Below are positions 43,789 to 59,353 of a DNA stretch of 64,000 nt, piece after piece. The notes under the pieces were generated by a model. That model made no database searches. It had not been told where the DNA came from and saw nothing but the letters and a program-made list of their open reading frames with translations. Source of the DNA: Paraspadella gotoi. Lineage: Eukaryota > Animalia > Chaetognatha. The stretch covers positions 1,878,581 through 1,942,580 of the forward strand of contig JBJCIZ010000239.1 in NCBI GenBank assembly GCA_051294375.1. The letters are read 5' to 3'. A program made the translations under genes and the position numbers. The first letter of the stretch is position 1; each line of letters starts with the position of its first letter.

Positions 43789-46232
43789 TCAAATTTCCCC
43801 AAAGTTGGTGTGGCCCGTTTTGGTCGCGTGATCCTGAGCTTCTTTTTGTCCCTTGAGCGGTTTGTTGCAAGTGATGCAACGGAGGTCGAAGTTGGCCACG
43901 TCGGTGAATTGTCTCGTCTTCTTGCACTCGTCCGCGATCTCCAGCGCTTGAGCCACCACGGAGTCGTCTTCGATCGGGAAGAGGGTCTTCAACGGGGAGA
44001 GACCGTCCAGGGGCTCCATCACTGGAGATGGGGGGAGGCGGGAGGGATTGATAACGTTCGACGACGATATTCGAGGCAACCGCGGCTGGGGCTTAATTTT
44101 ACATTCGCCGTCTGGGTTAGAGGGGTTTAAGGTTAGGGGTGATTACGGGCAATGTTTGGGTTAAAGATAAGTAAGTTAGATAATATATAATATAATATAA
44201 CAATATATAATAAAATATTTTTACATTACTATTCATAAAAAGCGAAAATCCCAGTCGGCGAATGTAAAATTTTACCATCGTTGTTGTTGTTGTTGTTACC
44301 ATGAACTTTGAAATCTTGACTAACCTAATGGATCGTAGTGTATCCCATCGTAGAGAAGGAAGGCGCGCGTCGGGTAGTTGACGTCTTCGCCGAATCGATC
44401 GATCCGTCCGGATTGAGTGTCGACCACGTCCATTTCAACTGAGGGAGATTTGTGGACAAAGGGAAGAATGAGGATGATCCTTTTAACTTAATCTCTCTTA
44501 AATTCTGTTAAGAAATGTTAACGTTGACTTTGGTGAAAAGAAAGCTCTCACCCGAATAATGTTTCGACAATATGGAGACCTCTATGGCCCCGCCCCAACT
44601 TTCCCCCTTGAGTATCCAATCACAGTATTGTCCGTTGGGCTTCCCGAGGACGCCCTCTGTATAGAGCGCCGGTTGGGAGGAAACGGCGCCGGCGATGAGC
44701 TTTCTCATGGACGGCGCCGCTTCTAGATCGAGGACGCCGTCGTTCATGACGCAGTTGATGGAGGTGAAGAGGCAGCTGTTGTTGGCGGGGACGACTTTAC
44801 GCGTCAGGACGCCGCCGGTCTAAACAAAAACGAAAATACAAGAAGTGGTAAAGCAATTTTTCGGGTAGCAGATCAATTAGAGGATTGTGGACGCAACAGA
44901 ATAATTGTATAAATGAGATCGAGTTTCTCAACTACATTTTTTTAAACGGGTTTTATTCTATTCCGTTAAATGTTTGATATGCTTATCATGTCATCAGTAA
45001 CTAATCGTCTAGACTTTGCCGCGTGGAAAAATAAACGAAAAGATTAGTAAAGGACTAGTTAACCGGGTAGTCGCGTCAATTAACCGTCTCGTTTATCAAC
45101 CCTAATTCCCCCTCTGGCCTCTTCCTCCGCAAATAAGTACTTCATATGCCAAAAGGATGCAATTGTGGCGGTATATTCACACCGCCTCACGTCAACCATC
45201 GTTCAGCCAATACCATTGGATCAGAGTGGGAACGCACCATCCCAGGCGTTGCGTTCCATCCACAATCCACAGTACTAACGACTTCCCTTTGAGTTGGCAG
45301 AGCAAGACCGTCCTAGGGTAACCGCGCCAGTGACAGGAGGCGTCACTGAGGGTCGGAAGCCCCCAAAGTGAGATGCCCCATCCCAATGGGCATCACAGGC
45401 AACCCGGCTGTTGCCATACCCTACAGATTTACTACTCTCCCTTAATCCACAATACATCCGTTACCTCATCGACTCCGTTAACATCAACGCCATAAATCTC
45501 ACTCTCCCAACCATCCTGCACCCAACCTCTTCCTTTTGAAGACCTGTTGCAACTGCGCGTTCCACAGAGACTCCAGCGTGTTCGTCGAAGGAGGAGGAGG
45601 AGCAGGCGATTTATCCTCCTCAACGATCAGAGTGTCGCCGCTTTTAAAAGGCATGTCTTTCATCGTGGAGCTTTCGTTAGATAAATCTGAGCAAGAATTT
45701 TATAAAAACGCTTATTCCGATATTACTAAATTCGATACGACCAATTATAAACTTATTCATTCATTTAAAAAATAAGCTATCTTGCTCCTGACTTAGGCTT
45801 CCATCCCTCTTGCTTGGTAATACCATAGCAGGACCCGACAATCTTTCAATTTAATAAACCCTTCTACTTTGTAAATCTCTTACGTCTTGTAACAAATACA
45901 CTATGTTTTAAACCTTTGTATTTAGTTTAAATTAGAGGCTTTATGAGGGAGTTTTGCCACATAATTTTAAGTCAGCCCTCGAATCAGTTGATATCATTGA
46001 CGCGGTAGCGACTAACAGTAAAGAATAATGACTACCTGCCCTCTAGTCACACTCCGCCTTACTCACCGATAACTTGAGGCGGATATCCGCTCCTAATCTT
46101 AAGTTTCTCGGCCTTAACCGAGCAAAGGGAGGCGACGGCGACCTTGAGCTGCATGACCGTCGTCTCATTGGTGATATCCTGCAGGACGTGCATCCCGTTG
46201 GAGGATTTGCAACGGAGATTCAATTTAGACAT
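43789..46232 (-). CDS. YOD1: OTU deubiquitinase OTU1/YOD1 (UBX-like, OTU and C2H2 ZnF domains)
   Basis: [48 protein letters not shown] and [26 protein letters not shown]. Confidence 0.94.
45164..45418 (-). mobile_element. Repeat family A, copy in a YOD1 intron
   Basis: Full-length copy, TGTGGCGGTATATTCACACCGCC...GGCAACCCGGCTGTTGCCATA on the plus strand. Confidence 0.8.
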
Positions 46233-47078
46233 CTTTGTTTATTTTGCCCTATTTTTTTTTGGATCTTTTGTTTGTGTAAAAAAAAAAATGTTTGGTTTTT
46301 GGTCGTTTATTTCAACCCCCAACCCGCGAGTCAGTTTGGAAGCGTCGTCGGGCCCCAAAACGGAGGGTATTTCGTCACTTGCGTCAGGGAATCGACTTCC
46401 ATCTAATCTCGAATTTTCCCCCCTTTCCCTTTATTGTTCGAAGAGCCGCCTAACGGAAAAAAAAACCTATGAACATCAAACCTCATCTTTACTAGTAGGA
46501 ACACATATTCATTCTCGTTTTTATGCAATTCACTCTGTCGTGATTTTTGCTCGTAGGAAAATAGAAGGGGGGGGGGAAATAGGGGGGGGAGGGAATTAAA
46601 ACGAGATTTCATTTCGCCACGGAATAAATACATCTTCCCAAAAAAAAAAAAAAAAATACACGCGTTTACGATCATTTCTTGCGAAAGTTCAACCGAAAGT
46701 GGGACTCATACTTTTGTCCGTGTTGGAACACCAAACTCATTAATGCATGCATTCAAAAATAAACTCATTCGCCCGCATTTGCACGGACGTACATTTGAAA
46801 AAAAAAAAAAAAATAAAAAGAAAAAAATACACGCACGAAAGATATACATAAGTATTATCATTGGCGAAAAAAAAAATGTGTGTATTTAAATCAAATGCGA
46901 AAAGATTGGAATTTGAACGAATAATTACACAAAACAAAACTAATCGTGTTTGTTATATATCAAATACAAAAAAATTGGGATCCGTTATCTTTCTTTCTCC
47001 CTCGAAAAAAAAAGGAGGGGGAAAAAAACAAAGATGAAAGGAAAAAAACAAACAAAAAAACCGAAACTAATTCATCGA

Positions 47079-49064
47079 TCAATTATTCCACGGCGAATTC
47101 GGTCCCTGCCAACCGAAACCGCCGCCGCCGCCTCCGCCGCCACCGGACGCCGACTTTCCGTCGTTCCGCCAACCGCCGTATCCATCGTTCTTTACGTTCT
47201 CAAAACCGCCGAATCCCATCGACCGATTGGAGCCGAACTTGTCTCCGATTACGCCGCTGCTGCCGCCGCCGCCGCCGCCTCCGCCACTGTTTCCGCCGCT
47301 CATGTTGGCCATCATGCCATTCATCATCATCTGCATCATGGTTTGCATCATTGGATTCATCATGCTGTTCATGTCCATGCCGCCGCCGCCGCCTCCACCA
47401 CCTCCGACCATTCCCATGCCGTCTCGCGGCGCACCGAAACCGCCGCCGCCGCCGCCAGCCCCGTGACCCATCCCGAAGCCGCCTCGTGGGCCGTGGTGGT
47501 CGCGCTCTTCGACTCTTCGGTTCTTCGCCGTCGCGTTACTGATGTTTACCGAACAGTTTTTGATGAGGTGGTCCTCGCCCTGGGACGGAACGATCAATAA
47601 TTGATTCCATGTATTTTGATTGGTTTATTTATTGACCAATCAATTTTGAATCCAAATGGGACGACTAACTTCTGCTTGAAGAACTTGTGCTACCAAAGCG
47701 TCGGAGAAAGTGACGAACGCGAACGCCCTGTGAGGTTTGGGGATGAAAACGTCCGTCACCTGAGAAAATATATGATTTTTAAGATCAGCATCGGCGTATA
47801 TATGGTACAACCAATATAAAAATTATACATTCATTTAATAAATAAGCCTCCTTGCCCCCGACTTTCGACAGGCTATGGTGGTTTAAGGCCTCCATCACTA
47901 TCATAATTACAGCAGTAACATGGATGCTTTCAATCAAGAGTCTCGTATATTAACTCCCAGAGTACCTGGCTTCCCTAATCCCTATAAACGAAGAATGTTT
48001 CAATTACGTACATATAAATTTTTTTTTTAAACTGGAGGTTTATCTCCTACAAACTCACTTCGCCGAACTTTGAAAAGTAGTCTTTGAGATCGGTCTTGGT
48101 CAAGTCTTCGGAAACGCGGCCCACGAAGATCTTCTTGCTGATTTCGCTGTTAAGGTCTCCTCCCTTTGAGTTGGGAACGCGGACGTCGCACCAGCGACCG
48201 TCAATGTTGTGGCGCTGTCCGATCACCGCTTGCTGGACCTACGAGTATTGAGTAAGCGTGGAAGAGTTTGATTTTTAATATTTATAATTTTTAATATCCC
48301 ACATTAAATTTGATTAAATACAAAAATTATATTTAAATCGCCTCTCACGTCGTAATCTTTAAACTTGATGAATCCGTAGCCGCGACTCTTCCCGGTCTCA
48401 AGATCTTTTTTGACTTGAGCCATGACGACCTCGCCGAATTGCCCGAAATAGTCCTTCATGTCGTCCTCGGTCGTCTTCCACGGCAACCCTAGGACGATGA
48501 GGTCTAGAAAAAGAGTCCAGGGAAGGAGGGGGAACATTTTAAACGAAATCTTTTTTTTTTTGTTCTTTTGTTTTTTTAAATTTGACGTTTGATTTTCTTC
48601 ACCAGTGCATCTTCGGAATATATCGACGCGTTTCGTCTTGGCCTGACTGTCTTGGATGTCCATGTCGCCGCGTCGCTTGTTCTTCGGATAGACTGTGACG
48701 TAGAGGTGAGTTCCCCAGTCGTTGTCTTCCTGGAAGACTTTCCCATCGGTCACCCTCAATCCTCTCCAGCTGCCGGTCTCAGGCGACCTTCGAATAAAAA
48801 AAAAAAAAAAATTATTCGTTCAGGAAATACATAAGCTATAAATTAATGTGGAAGGGAAAGCAAGAAGGACAATATTGACTTCAGTTTAAGAATTGGACCA
48901 ACTTATTTTTTAAGCCGCACCAACCCCCCCCCCAACCTGAATTTAAGTCCCGAAGCTCCCGGATATTGCGCCTGCAACGTGGACATCGCCAAGGTCATGT
49001 CCGGCTCGAGGGGCAGTTCAGTCGGCTCCTCTGTCTCATCCTCGGCACATGCAATGTAAATCAT
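47079..49064 (-). CDS. TARDBP: TDP-43 homologue A
   Basis: NTD ([25 protein letters not shown]), RRM1 ([29 protein letters not shown]), RRM2 (KIFVGR..FAFVTF) and a Gly/Met-rich tail. Confidence 0.93.
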
Positions 49065-50323
49065 TTTGCTGGGAGCAAAAAGTTGATTAAAAGAGAGAGA
49101 GAATATTTTTTTCTTTCTTTTTTTCTTTTCTTTTTTTTATTCACTTTTTTTTCGACCTTAGGGGAAAAAAGGAAAAAAATGTTGCGCGTGTGTCTGGGAG
49201 TGAAACTTATATTTTCTTTTTTTGGTTAAAAAGACGAAAAATGAGGATGAAATACGATACCTGGAGAACTTAATATTATAATAGTAAAAATTAAAAAAAA
49301 ACAAAAAACTGTTCAGCGTCCTCATGATCATGGCAAGTCTATTCTTATCTAACATTCTTTTTCTCACACTGAAGTTAATTTATCATCAAAATATCATACA
49401 GGTTTTAGCTCAAACGACAATCATGATCATGAACAAACATTGAACGTTCCACTAGGTCAATTCATTTTAAACAGGGTGACACAATCAGTTCAATGTCCAT
49501 TGGCGCAAAGTAAAATGTACATGAAATCACTTGCTGCGGCAATCAAAGTACAATCAAAAATTTACAAAATGTCATTACAACATCCGATGACAGCCATTTT
49601 ACAACTACCAAAATACATTCGATTTTAATACTAAAAATTTTGTAAAATATCTGCCCCAAAATAAAAAAGTAAATTGACAACTTTTGTATGTTAATTAATA
49701 AATTTGTCGTCAAACATACGAAAAATGTCCAGAACACAAAGATAAACACGTTTGGATAGAACGCTATATAAGAATATATAATGTGCAACAATATATATCG
49801 AAGTAGAAATAAACCGCAGCAATCAAACATTCGAAACGAGATTGGCAAAAAATTTTTGCGTACAAAACATGCTATGAGAAAGGAAATCCCACCCAAACTA
49901 GAACTCGCAGCATTAATTTTATTCATACGGATCGAAAAGAAAACGCATTAATTGAAAAAAACAAACCCAACATAGCAAAAATAGAAAGAATTCAAATATA
50001 CATCTTTCTTACGAACAAATTCAATCATCGATATTAAAAAGTTCATCTCCCTTTCGCAAAAATTCAGTCACTGATCCGACGATAAATCTTCCCCCCCCTC
50101 CCGTAAATCCACTCATATTAATATTACTATGCATTTTACCTTCACAAAATCCAATTCACTTATTCTAAACAAAACATTCCCTTCCAACTCTCGTTTCGTT
50201 TTCTCGGTTGTTGCGTTTTGAAAAAAAAAAAAAAAAGTTCAAAAAGTAAAAGTCGAATAAAAATCCGGGCTACTCTCTTTCGCTTTCACACTCTCTCACA
50301 CTCTCTCACACTCTCTCTCTCTC

Positions 50324-50513
50324 TCATTTCGACCATCCGCTTCCTCCCCATCCGGTCCCATATCCTCCGGTCCCGTAACCCCCGGAACTGCCGGATTTGC
50401 CGTCGTTGCTCCACCCGTATCCGTAGCTTCCGAAGGACCCGTCCCGCGAGTCGGGCTTTCCGGAAGCGTAGTTGCCGGCGGTCTTGTCGGCCGGCGACGA
50501 CCCGGGCTGCGCT

Positions 50514-50548
<35 letters not shown>

Positions 50549-53115
50549 CCCCATACCGCCCATCATCCCGGACATCATCATCATCTGCATCATGGACTGC
50601 ATCATGGCGGGGTTCATCATACTGCTCATGTCCATTCCGCCGCCGGCCCCGCCGCCCATGCCGCCGCCCGTCTGACCCGAGCCGCGGGGGCCGCCGTAGC
50701 CCGCCTGGACCGCTCCGTAACCGGCGTAGTTGCCGTAACCGTAATCACCGGCGCCACCAGCACCACCGCCTTGGTTACCTGGATAACCATTGTGATCGTG
50801 ACGCCCGCGGTCGGGGTTTTTCGCCGTAGCGTTGCTGATGTTGACCGAACAGTTTTTGATGAGATGGTCTTCGCCCTTAACATTTAACGAAATAAATATA
50901 ATGTTAGTCATTTTATTAATGTTATATTAGACTACTCACGGCGTCCTGCAAATCTTGAGCGACGTTTGGATCGACGAAGGTGACGAAAGCGAATGCCCGG
51001 TGGGGAGTTGGGATGAAGACGTCGGTCACCTGAGAAAATACAAATGTCAAATGTGTGTGGAAAAAATGTTTAATTATCTTCGAATTACAATTTAACATGA
51101 TTATGAAACTAGCCTAAAGACATTAACCGCTTCACCCAACTCACCTCTCCGTATTTGGAAAAGTAGTCCTTCAAGTCTTGTTTGGTGAGGTCCTCGGAGA
51201 CTCGTCCGACGAAGATCTTGCGACTGTACTGCGTCATCATCTCTCCGCCTTTGGAATTTGGAATGCGGACGTCGCACCATCGCCCGTCGATGCAATGTCG
51301 ATTGGTGAGGACTTTTTGTTGAGCCTGGAGGAGAAGGGTGGGGCGTGGACAAAAAGAGAAAAGTTAAGACTTTTGGACACGCTCAACAGTCAATACAGTC
51401 TTTATACCGCATTACAATACAAAAGGCTTTATATTAGAAAACAATTTCTCGCTTTTTTTTAAAAACCAGAATCGGTTTCCATGAATTTGTAAAATCTGTG
51501 GGATTGAAACTTCGAATTTGATAAAATCGTGCACACAAAACCTTTGATTTTTTTTTTATCTTTGATCAATGAATTTTCTGAAAGGTTCGATTGAACAAAA
51601 ATTGATTAGGTACCTCGAAGTCTTTGAAACGAATGAATCCGTAGCCCTTGGACTGCGAGGTCTTCTGGTCCCGCTTGATCTGCGTCATGACGATCTCTCC
51701 GAATTGACTGAAGAAGATCTTTAGGTCCTCCTCGTCCGTTTTCCACGGGAGGCCGAGCACGATGAGATCTGTTGCCCAATGGATATAATTAAATTAAAAA
51801 TAAATGTAAGAATTTAATATATTTCGTTATATATCAGATTTAATTATATTCTTTATATAAAAGAATATTCTTTCATAGTAATTCGTAATGGGGAGAGGGA
51901 TGTTAGTGTTGTCTTCTGTAATAATCTCTCATTAAAATCATTAACAGTATTCGCAGATATTCCTGGATTCCAACAAGATCAGTACAGGGAGGAATTTCAT
52001 TCATTCATCTATTTATTCATTCATCGCCCACCCACACCCCAGAAACTAACCGGAGCATCTCTGCTTGATGCTGTCGATCCTCTTGGTCTTAGCGATGGGA
52101 TTCTCCGCCTCCATCTCCGTGTCTCCCTTTCGTTTGTTGTCCTTTGGGTAGACGACGATGTAGAGGCTGTCGTTCCAGGAATTCTCCGGGTGATAGACTT
52201 TGCCCTCGGTGACTCGAAGGCCCCGCCAGCTGCCCGATTCCGATCTGCCCCGGGTGGGGCGGACGGAAATAAAGAAAAAGAAAATACTAGTTAAAGGGAA
52301 ACGGAAAAGAAAAGTAATTATAAATATTTACAGAAGGCTTCATATTATAAAATGTAGTACCCCTTTTTTGTAACCAGAATCTGTTCCCTGAAATTTTACA
52401 TTTAGAGTGTTAATGACTATATAAATGGAACTATCGAGGCGAATTTTGATATTCAACCCCCGGCCAGAGATACAGGGCCATGGGGGTGGATCCAGGTGCA
52501 TTGACGTTTTAAACATAAGAAAAAAACATTTTAGAACTAAAATTGATAAATTTGCAATAATTAAGCATGGTTGAAGATGCATGGTTCATCATTTTACTTT
52601 CAATTTTCCCAAATTATTCCAAATCTGACTAACTGCTGATGTTCATGAAGCTAAAAATTAAGGTAAATGAATATTTTTGAGGTAATAAATACGTTTTTGT
52701 GGAAGAGTAAACGTCTGTGCAACTGTTTAAAACAAAAATAATAAAAAAATTTGAAAAAAATTTTTGACCATTTGTGGCCCTCAGGTGCCCTTATCTCAGC
52801 TTAGGGGTGGAATGTAAAAATTCGCCTCGCTAATAATTTCATTTTTATATAATGTATACGGGGCAGAGAGAGCGAACACTGCCTTATGGAGTCGCGTCAA
52901 GCCGCGTCTAAAAAAATTAAGGTTAAAATAACGAAAATGAGAAAAAACAAGTGAAAGGCGAAATCAAAACCGGGCCGGACGATGTACCTGTACTTGAGTC
53001 CCGAGGCCCCGGGATACTGCGCTGTGAGCGTGGTCATGGCCAGGGTAAAGTCGGCCTCCAGCGGAAGTTCGATGGGTTCCTCGTTCTCCTCCTCCGCGCA
53101 CCGGATGTAATACAT
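50324..53115 (-). CDS. TARDBP: TDP-43 homologue B (tandem paralogue)
   Basis: [45 protein letters not shown]. Same exon organisation as copy A, with a G/Y/M-rich tail. Confidence 0.93.
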
Positions 53116-53945
53116 TTTCAACGCGGTTGACTTTGGATATGAGATAAAAGGGTTTTTCAACTTTTACACTTCGATTTTTTGTTTTTGTTTTGGTTTGTTT
53201 TTCTTGTCGATTGTTTCGCGTTTATATTAGCCAGAGTTGATTACCTCCGATAAATGGGAGGAAAACTATATACCTGGTTTTTTTTTTTAACTTGTTTTAA
53301 ATTAAATTCCGTTATGACGAAAATTAATTTTTTTTTAAGGCATCGTAAAAAAACGTAAAATGGTCAAAACAAACGTCGAGTGTAAATAAAATGGCAAAAT
53401 TAGGAAATCTCGTTAGTTGGTCCAAAAAAAAAAAAAAAAAAAAAAAGATAGAGAAAGCAATTGAAAACGTGAGAAATTCATTAATTTTTTAACAATTTTG
53501 ATTTTTAAAAAAATAAACGCGAGAACAAGGTTCTTATAATTAGCGCTCTAACACTATTCGAAAGAGAAAAGAAATCTGTATTTGTATTTGAGCCAAAGAA
53601 TCCTACCTTTTCTCCTGACTCATGTCTTTTATACTTGAGGATCCAATTTATCACTATTGATGCAAAATATATACAAATTAAAATTAAAAGCCGAGGGTCT
53701 GAGAAGAAACATTGGAAACATATTCAAATCTAATTTTCTTTCTTTGGGAAATTATTAAGAATTATAGAGCCCAGATTAACTAAACATTAATAAAAAAAAT
53801 AGTGAGTCGATAAAAACTCAAACATTAAGAGTGACTAGATTTTTGGCCAGCAAACAACGGATGAAACTAAGAATTGAAAAAATATTTCTGGAAAGCGAAA
53901 TGGAGCACAAAACGTTATGTCTAAATCTACCTACAGCGAGCGAGC

Positions 53946-54018
<73 letters not shown>

Positions 54019-54971
54019 ACAAAGTCAACGTTAACATTTCGGAACCGAATTTCGAAATCAATGATAAAAAGTTGCGGTAATGATCGCAGCACGTTTCACG
54101 GGATATACAATTTACAATACACGAAAGCTGTACAGTAAGCTTGATACTATAAAGTGGAACTCCTAAAAAAAACCACAGTAAGTAATCTTTTGGCAAGTTG
54201 AGATACAGTGCGAAAATATTCGTAAGTAAATTTCTTCTCCGACTTGAATGACAAATTTATGCAATCGGACGTTCGTAATCTGAGTCGGGTCTTTTTATAC
54301 TTTGGAATAAAATTAAATAAATTTAATATTTATATAATATATTATTTTTTTTACAAATCATATGTATAGAGATTGCTGTAAAATTTGAATTCGTAAAACT
54401 GCCATCGCATGGTTGTTTTGATAACGACGAGTAGACAAATTCACAACCGTATTATAGCAAAAAAGTTTGACAAGCTTCACAAAGTGATACAATTCGTTGA
54501 GCTCGAAGGACAAAACATGCATAGAAAGCACACAGCATGTCGAAATATTTTAAATGATAATAATTCCTTTCTCATTGAAAAAAAGAAAAGAAAAAGAAAT
54601 CAAAACGTCGGTCGGAATCAGAAAAAAAATACAATTTTCGAATGGAATGCATACAAAAATTCTAATTGGAGATTCTTTTTTTTTTAAATTTTTAAGCGTT
54701 CAAAGGCAAACCTGAATATCGTTCGGGGAAAAAAAATGCAGCACCTTGAAAAAAAAAAATAGTCGGAATATTTTTTGGCATTCGTGGTTCCCCTCCTTCC
54801 CCCGCCCGCGTAATGAATCTTCAACAAATGCAATAAATATTAAATAAAATCCCTATATTAAATCGTTGGCGACACAGAATGAAAGTTCTACGGGGAGCGT
54901 CAACGCATATCAATCCAATCCAATTCACCCCCTCCATCCCAGTCTTCCCCCCCTCACCCTAATAACCCCCC

Positions 54972-56800
<1,829 letters not shown>

Positions 56801-57225
56801 TTAACTGAGATTGTTTTGTTTTTAAGTTGTTTCGAAAGTAATCACGAGTTTTTTTGTGGGATCGTTTCTGTTTTTTTTGTTTTTTTCCAGCAACTTGTAA
56901 TTTATCTTCCCGCGAGTTCTTTATAAGTATAACACTAACAGGATTAGAGAACATACGTAAAAAAAAAAAGAAAAAAATTACAGATTTGTACAATGTTTTT
57001 TTTTTAAATAATCATAGGCTAAAAAAAGACAACATCATGACATGAGCGATACGCATTGACATTTCGAAACCGAAAACCAAAAAAAAAAGATTGGAGCGAA
57101 AACGAAAAATTCGAAGGCCCTCGTTGAAAGAGCATTGGGTGTATAAATTCGCTACAATAAATTGAGAAAAAAAAATACTGTGAACAAGCGCACCATTTGG
57201 TGGGAGGGGAGAATCCCCGCGATTC

Positions 57226-59086
57226 CTATTCAAATTCTTCTTCCCACTCGCAGACCCAATGCGCATGCGCGTGAGAAGCGTTCGACGGAGCGTTGATGCT
57301 GCTGCTGCTTCTTCCTTCGCTCTCCGCGCGGAGCGGCGGCGGCGTCGTCGTATTCGTCGTCGCCGACGGATTCTTCCGAGTCCTCGTCAGCGACGGGGTT
57401 TTCCGTGGGGCAACTCTCGTCGGAAGAGGAGGGAGAGTCGACGACCGATTCCAGGCTCGAGGGCGAGAGTTTCTAGCGACGGTATGAGAGCGTGTGGTTT
57501 CCGTCAAGAAAAGGGACATAAAAACCATTTTAATAATACATAATCCTCATTAATAATACATAATCCTCATTAAACGCCACCCCCCATACTTCAAAACCTG
57601 CGCCTCGAGCCAAGGGCAAGTCGCCGTCCTGCGACTCGTCTTTTTCGCCTCGTGACGATTGGAGATTTCCTCAACGATTTCGCCGAGACGAGTCAACAGG
57701 GTGTCCCACTGGACGGTTTAAAGTATCGGGTGGGCTTAGAGAAATCGGTAAATAAATTCCTTTAAGTAGTTTCCCCTTTTTCTTCCCAAATTTTCACAAC
57801 CGAAAAGTCTGTCAAATCCGCCCCCCACTGCTCTGAGCTCATAGTCGTCTATGTTAACGGAAACTCACCCCTCCCCCCCCCCAACACACGACCCCTTTCC
57901 AAAATGCCAAGACGCGCCTGGACGAGCGGAGTGCCAAAGGTGAGCTTCGTCTCCCTACAAATGGGGACGGTCTCGATGCAGCGAATCTCTTCCCACGCGG
58001 CGGAGGTGCGGCGGAGCGGCCGGCAATTGGCCAGCACCGTCCGCGGCAGCGTGCAGACGCAAGGACGGAACAAGAGACGAGACACGATAGCTATGGGGAC
58101 CATTTTGTGACTGGAGGGTAAAGGGGTTTCCAAAAGAAGTTTCAAAAATTCCAACATCCCCATTTTTTTCCTCTTAGCCACAAATACGGACCCGTTGCGG
58201 AAGATGAAGGGAAACCTGAGCCCCTCGTACCGAATGTAACCCCAACGGCCCAATGATTTGCTCCGACTTTTCGTCTTGAAGGAATATTCGAGCTCACGAT
58301 CATCGAGGGTCCGGACGACGACGGTTTTCCACGAGGCTTTGGGGTTGGAGAAACATGGCGACACCTCCTCGCGAGGTCTTTGACTAGAAGTAGTCGCGAG
58401 GGATAGATCAGTTTCTTTGGATTGCTCGCGCCCGGGACGCCAAGGTCCGTATCCCGCGGCCAATAGGATGCGTTTCTTCGGGGGACCGACGAACTCTTTC
58501 AAGCCACTGGAGCAGCAAGAGCAACTGGAGTACCGGGAGGAGCTGAAGGAGCTGGTGGAACTGAAAGAGCTCTGCGTGGAATCTCTCTCGGAGAGGGAGA
58601 AAGAAAACTCTCCGGATTCGGGACGGGAAATGTGGGAAATGGTGGAACTGGTCTCGATGTCGGGACACGAAGTGAGTCTTGACAATCGGAAGGATAATAG
58701 GAAACGACAAGAATGGGACCGGCGCGGCCGTTGGGAATGTAAGTTAAAATCTTAATTACAAAATTATTAAACTTTACATCAAACAAACAAGTTTTAAAAC
58801 ATAATAATACTGTACAGTACATAATAATACTGGACTATGTAATAAAATGTAATATTACTAATTATCCCAACGGTTCATACCGGCCCGAAAATGGCGACGA
58901 CGCTCGCGTCAGACAAGAATCGAAGAAAGCTCTGACAGTCCTTTCGACTGTCTGTTCGCCTGTCTGTTCGATTGCCTGCTCCACTGTTTCCTCGACTACG
59001 TCAAACTTGGTAGGTTCGTCCTCGGAGGCGTCGCTGATCCACTCGAACCCGTCGAGGATCGCCTCGCGCTTCACCACCGTCATCAT
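57226..59086 (-). CDS. Multi-exon orphan gene, unknown function
   Basis: GC-rich coding-like blocks with GT/AG boundaries at ~59086-58880, 58730-58177, ~58104-57889, 57708-57598 and ~57505-57226. No recognisable domain. Confidence 0.5.
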
Positions 59087-59353
59087 CGTCTTTAGAGAGA
59101 TATTTGGGGCCGATTTGGGTTAATTGGACTTGTACCTGTGTGCATATATGAGAATATGACATTTGACATTTGACATTGTTTAATCTTTTTATTGAAAAAC
59201 GTAAATATCAACTCGTTTAAAAAATTGAAAAAAAAACAAAAAAACAAGACGTACAGTATCACAATCGGCGCCAGTCTTTACAAACGACGAAATAACAATA
59301 TTGTGGCGAATCCTAAATTCCTAAATTCCCAAATAAACGAAAAATAAATGATA

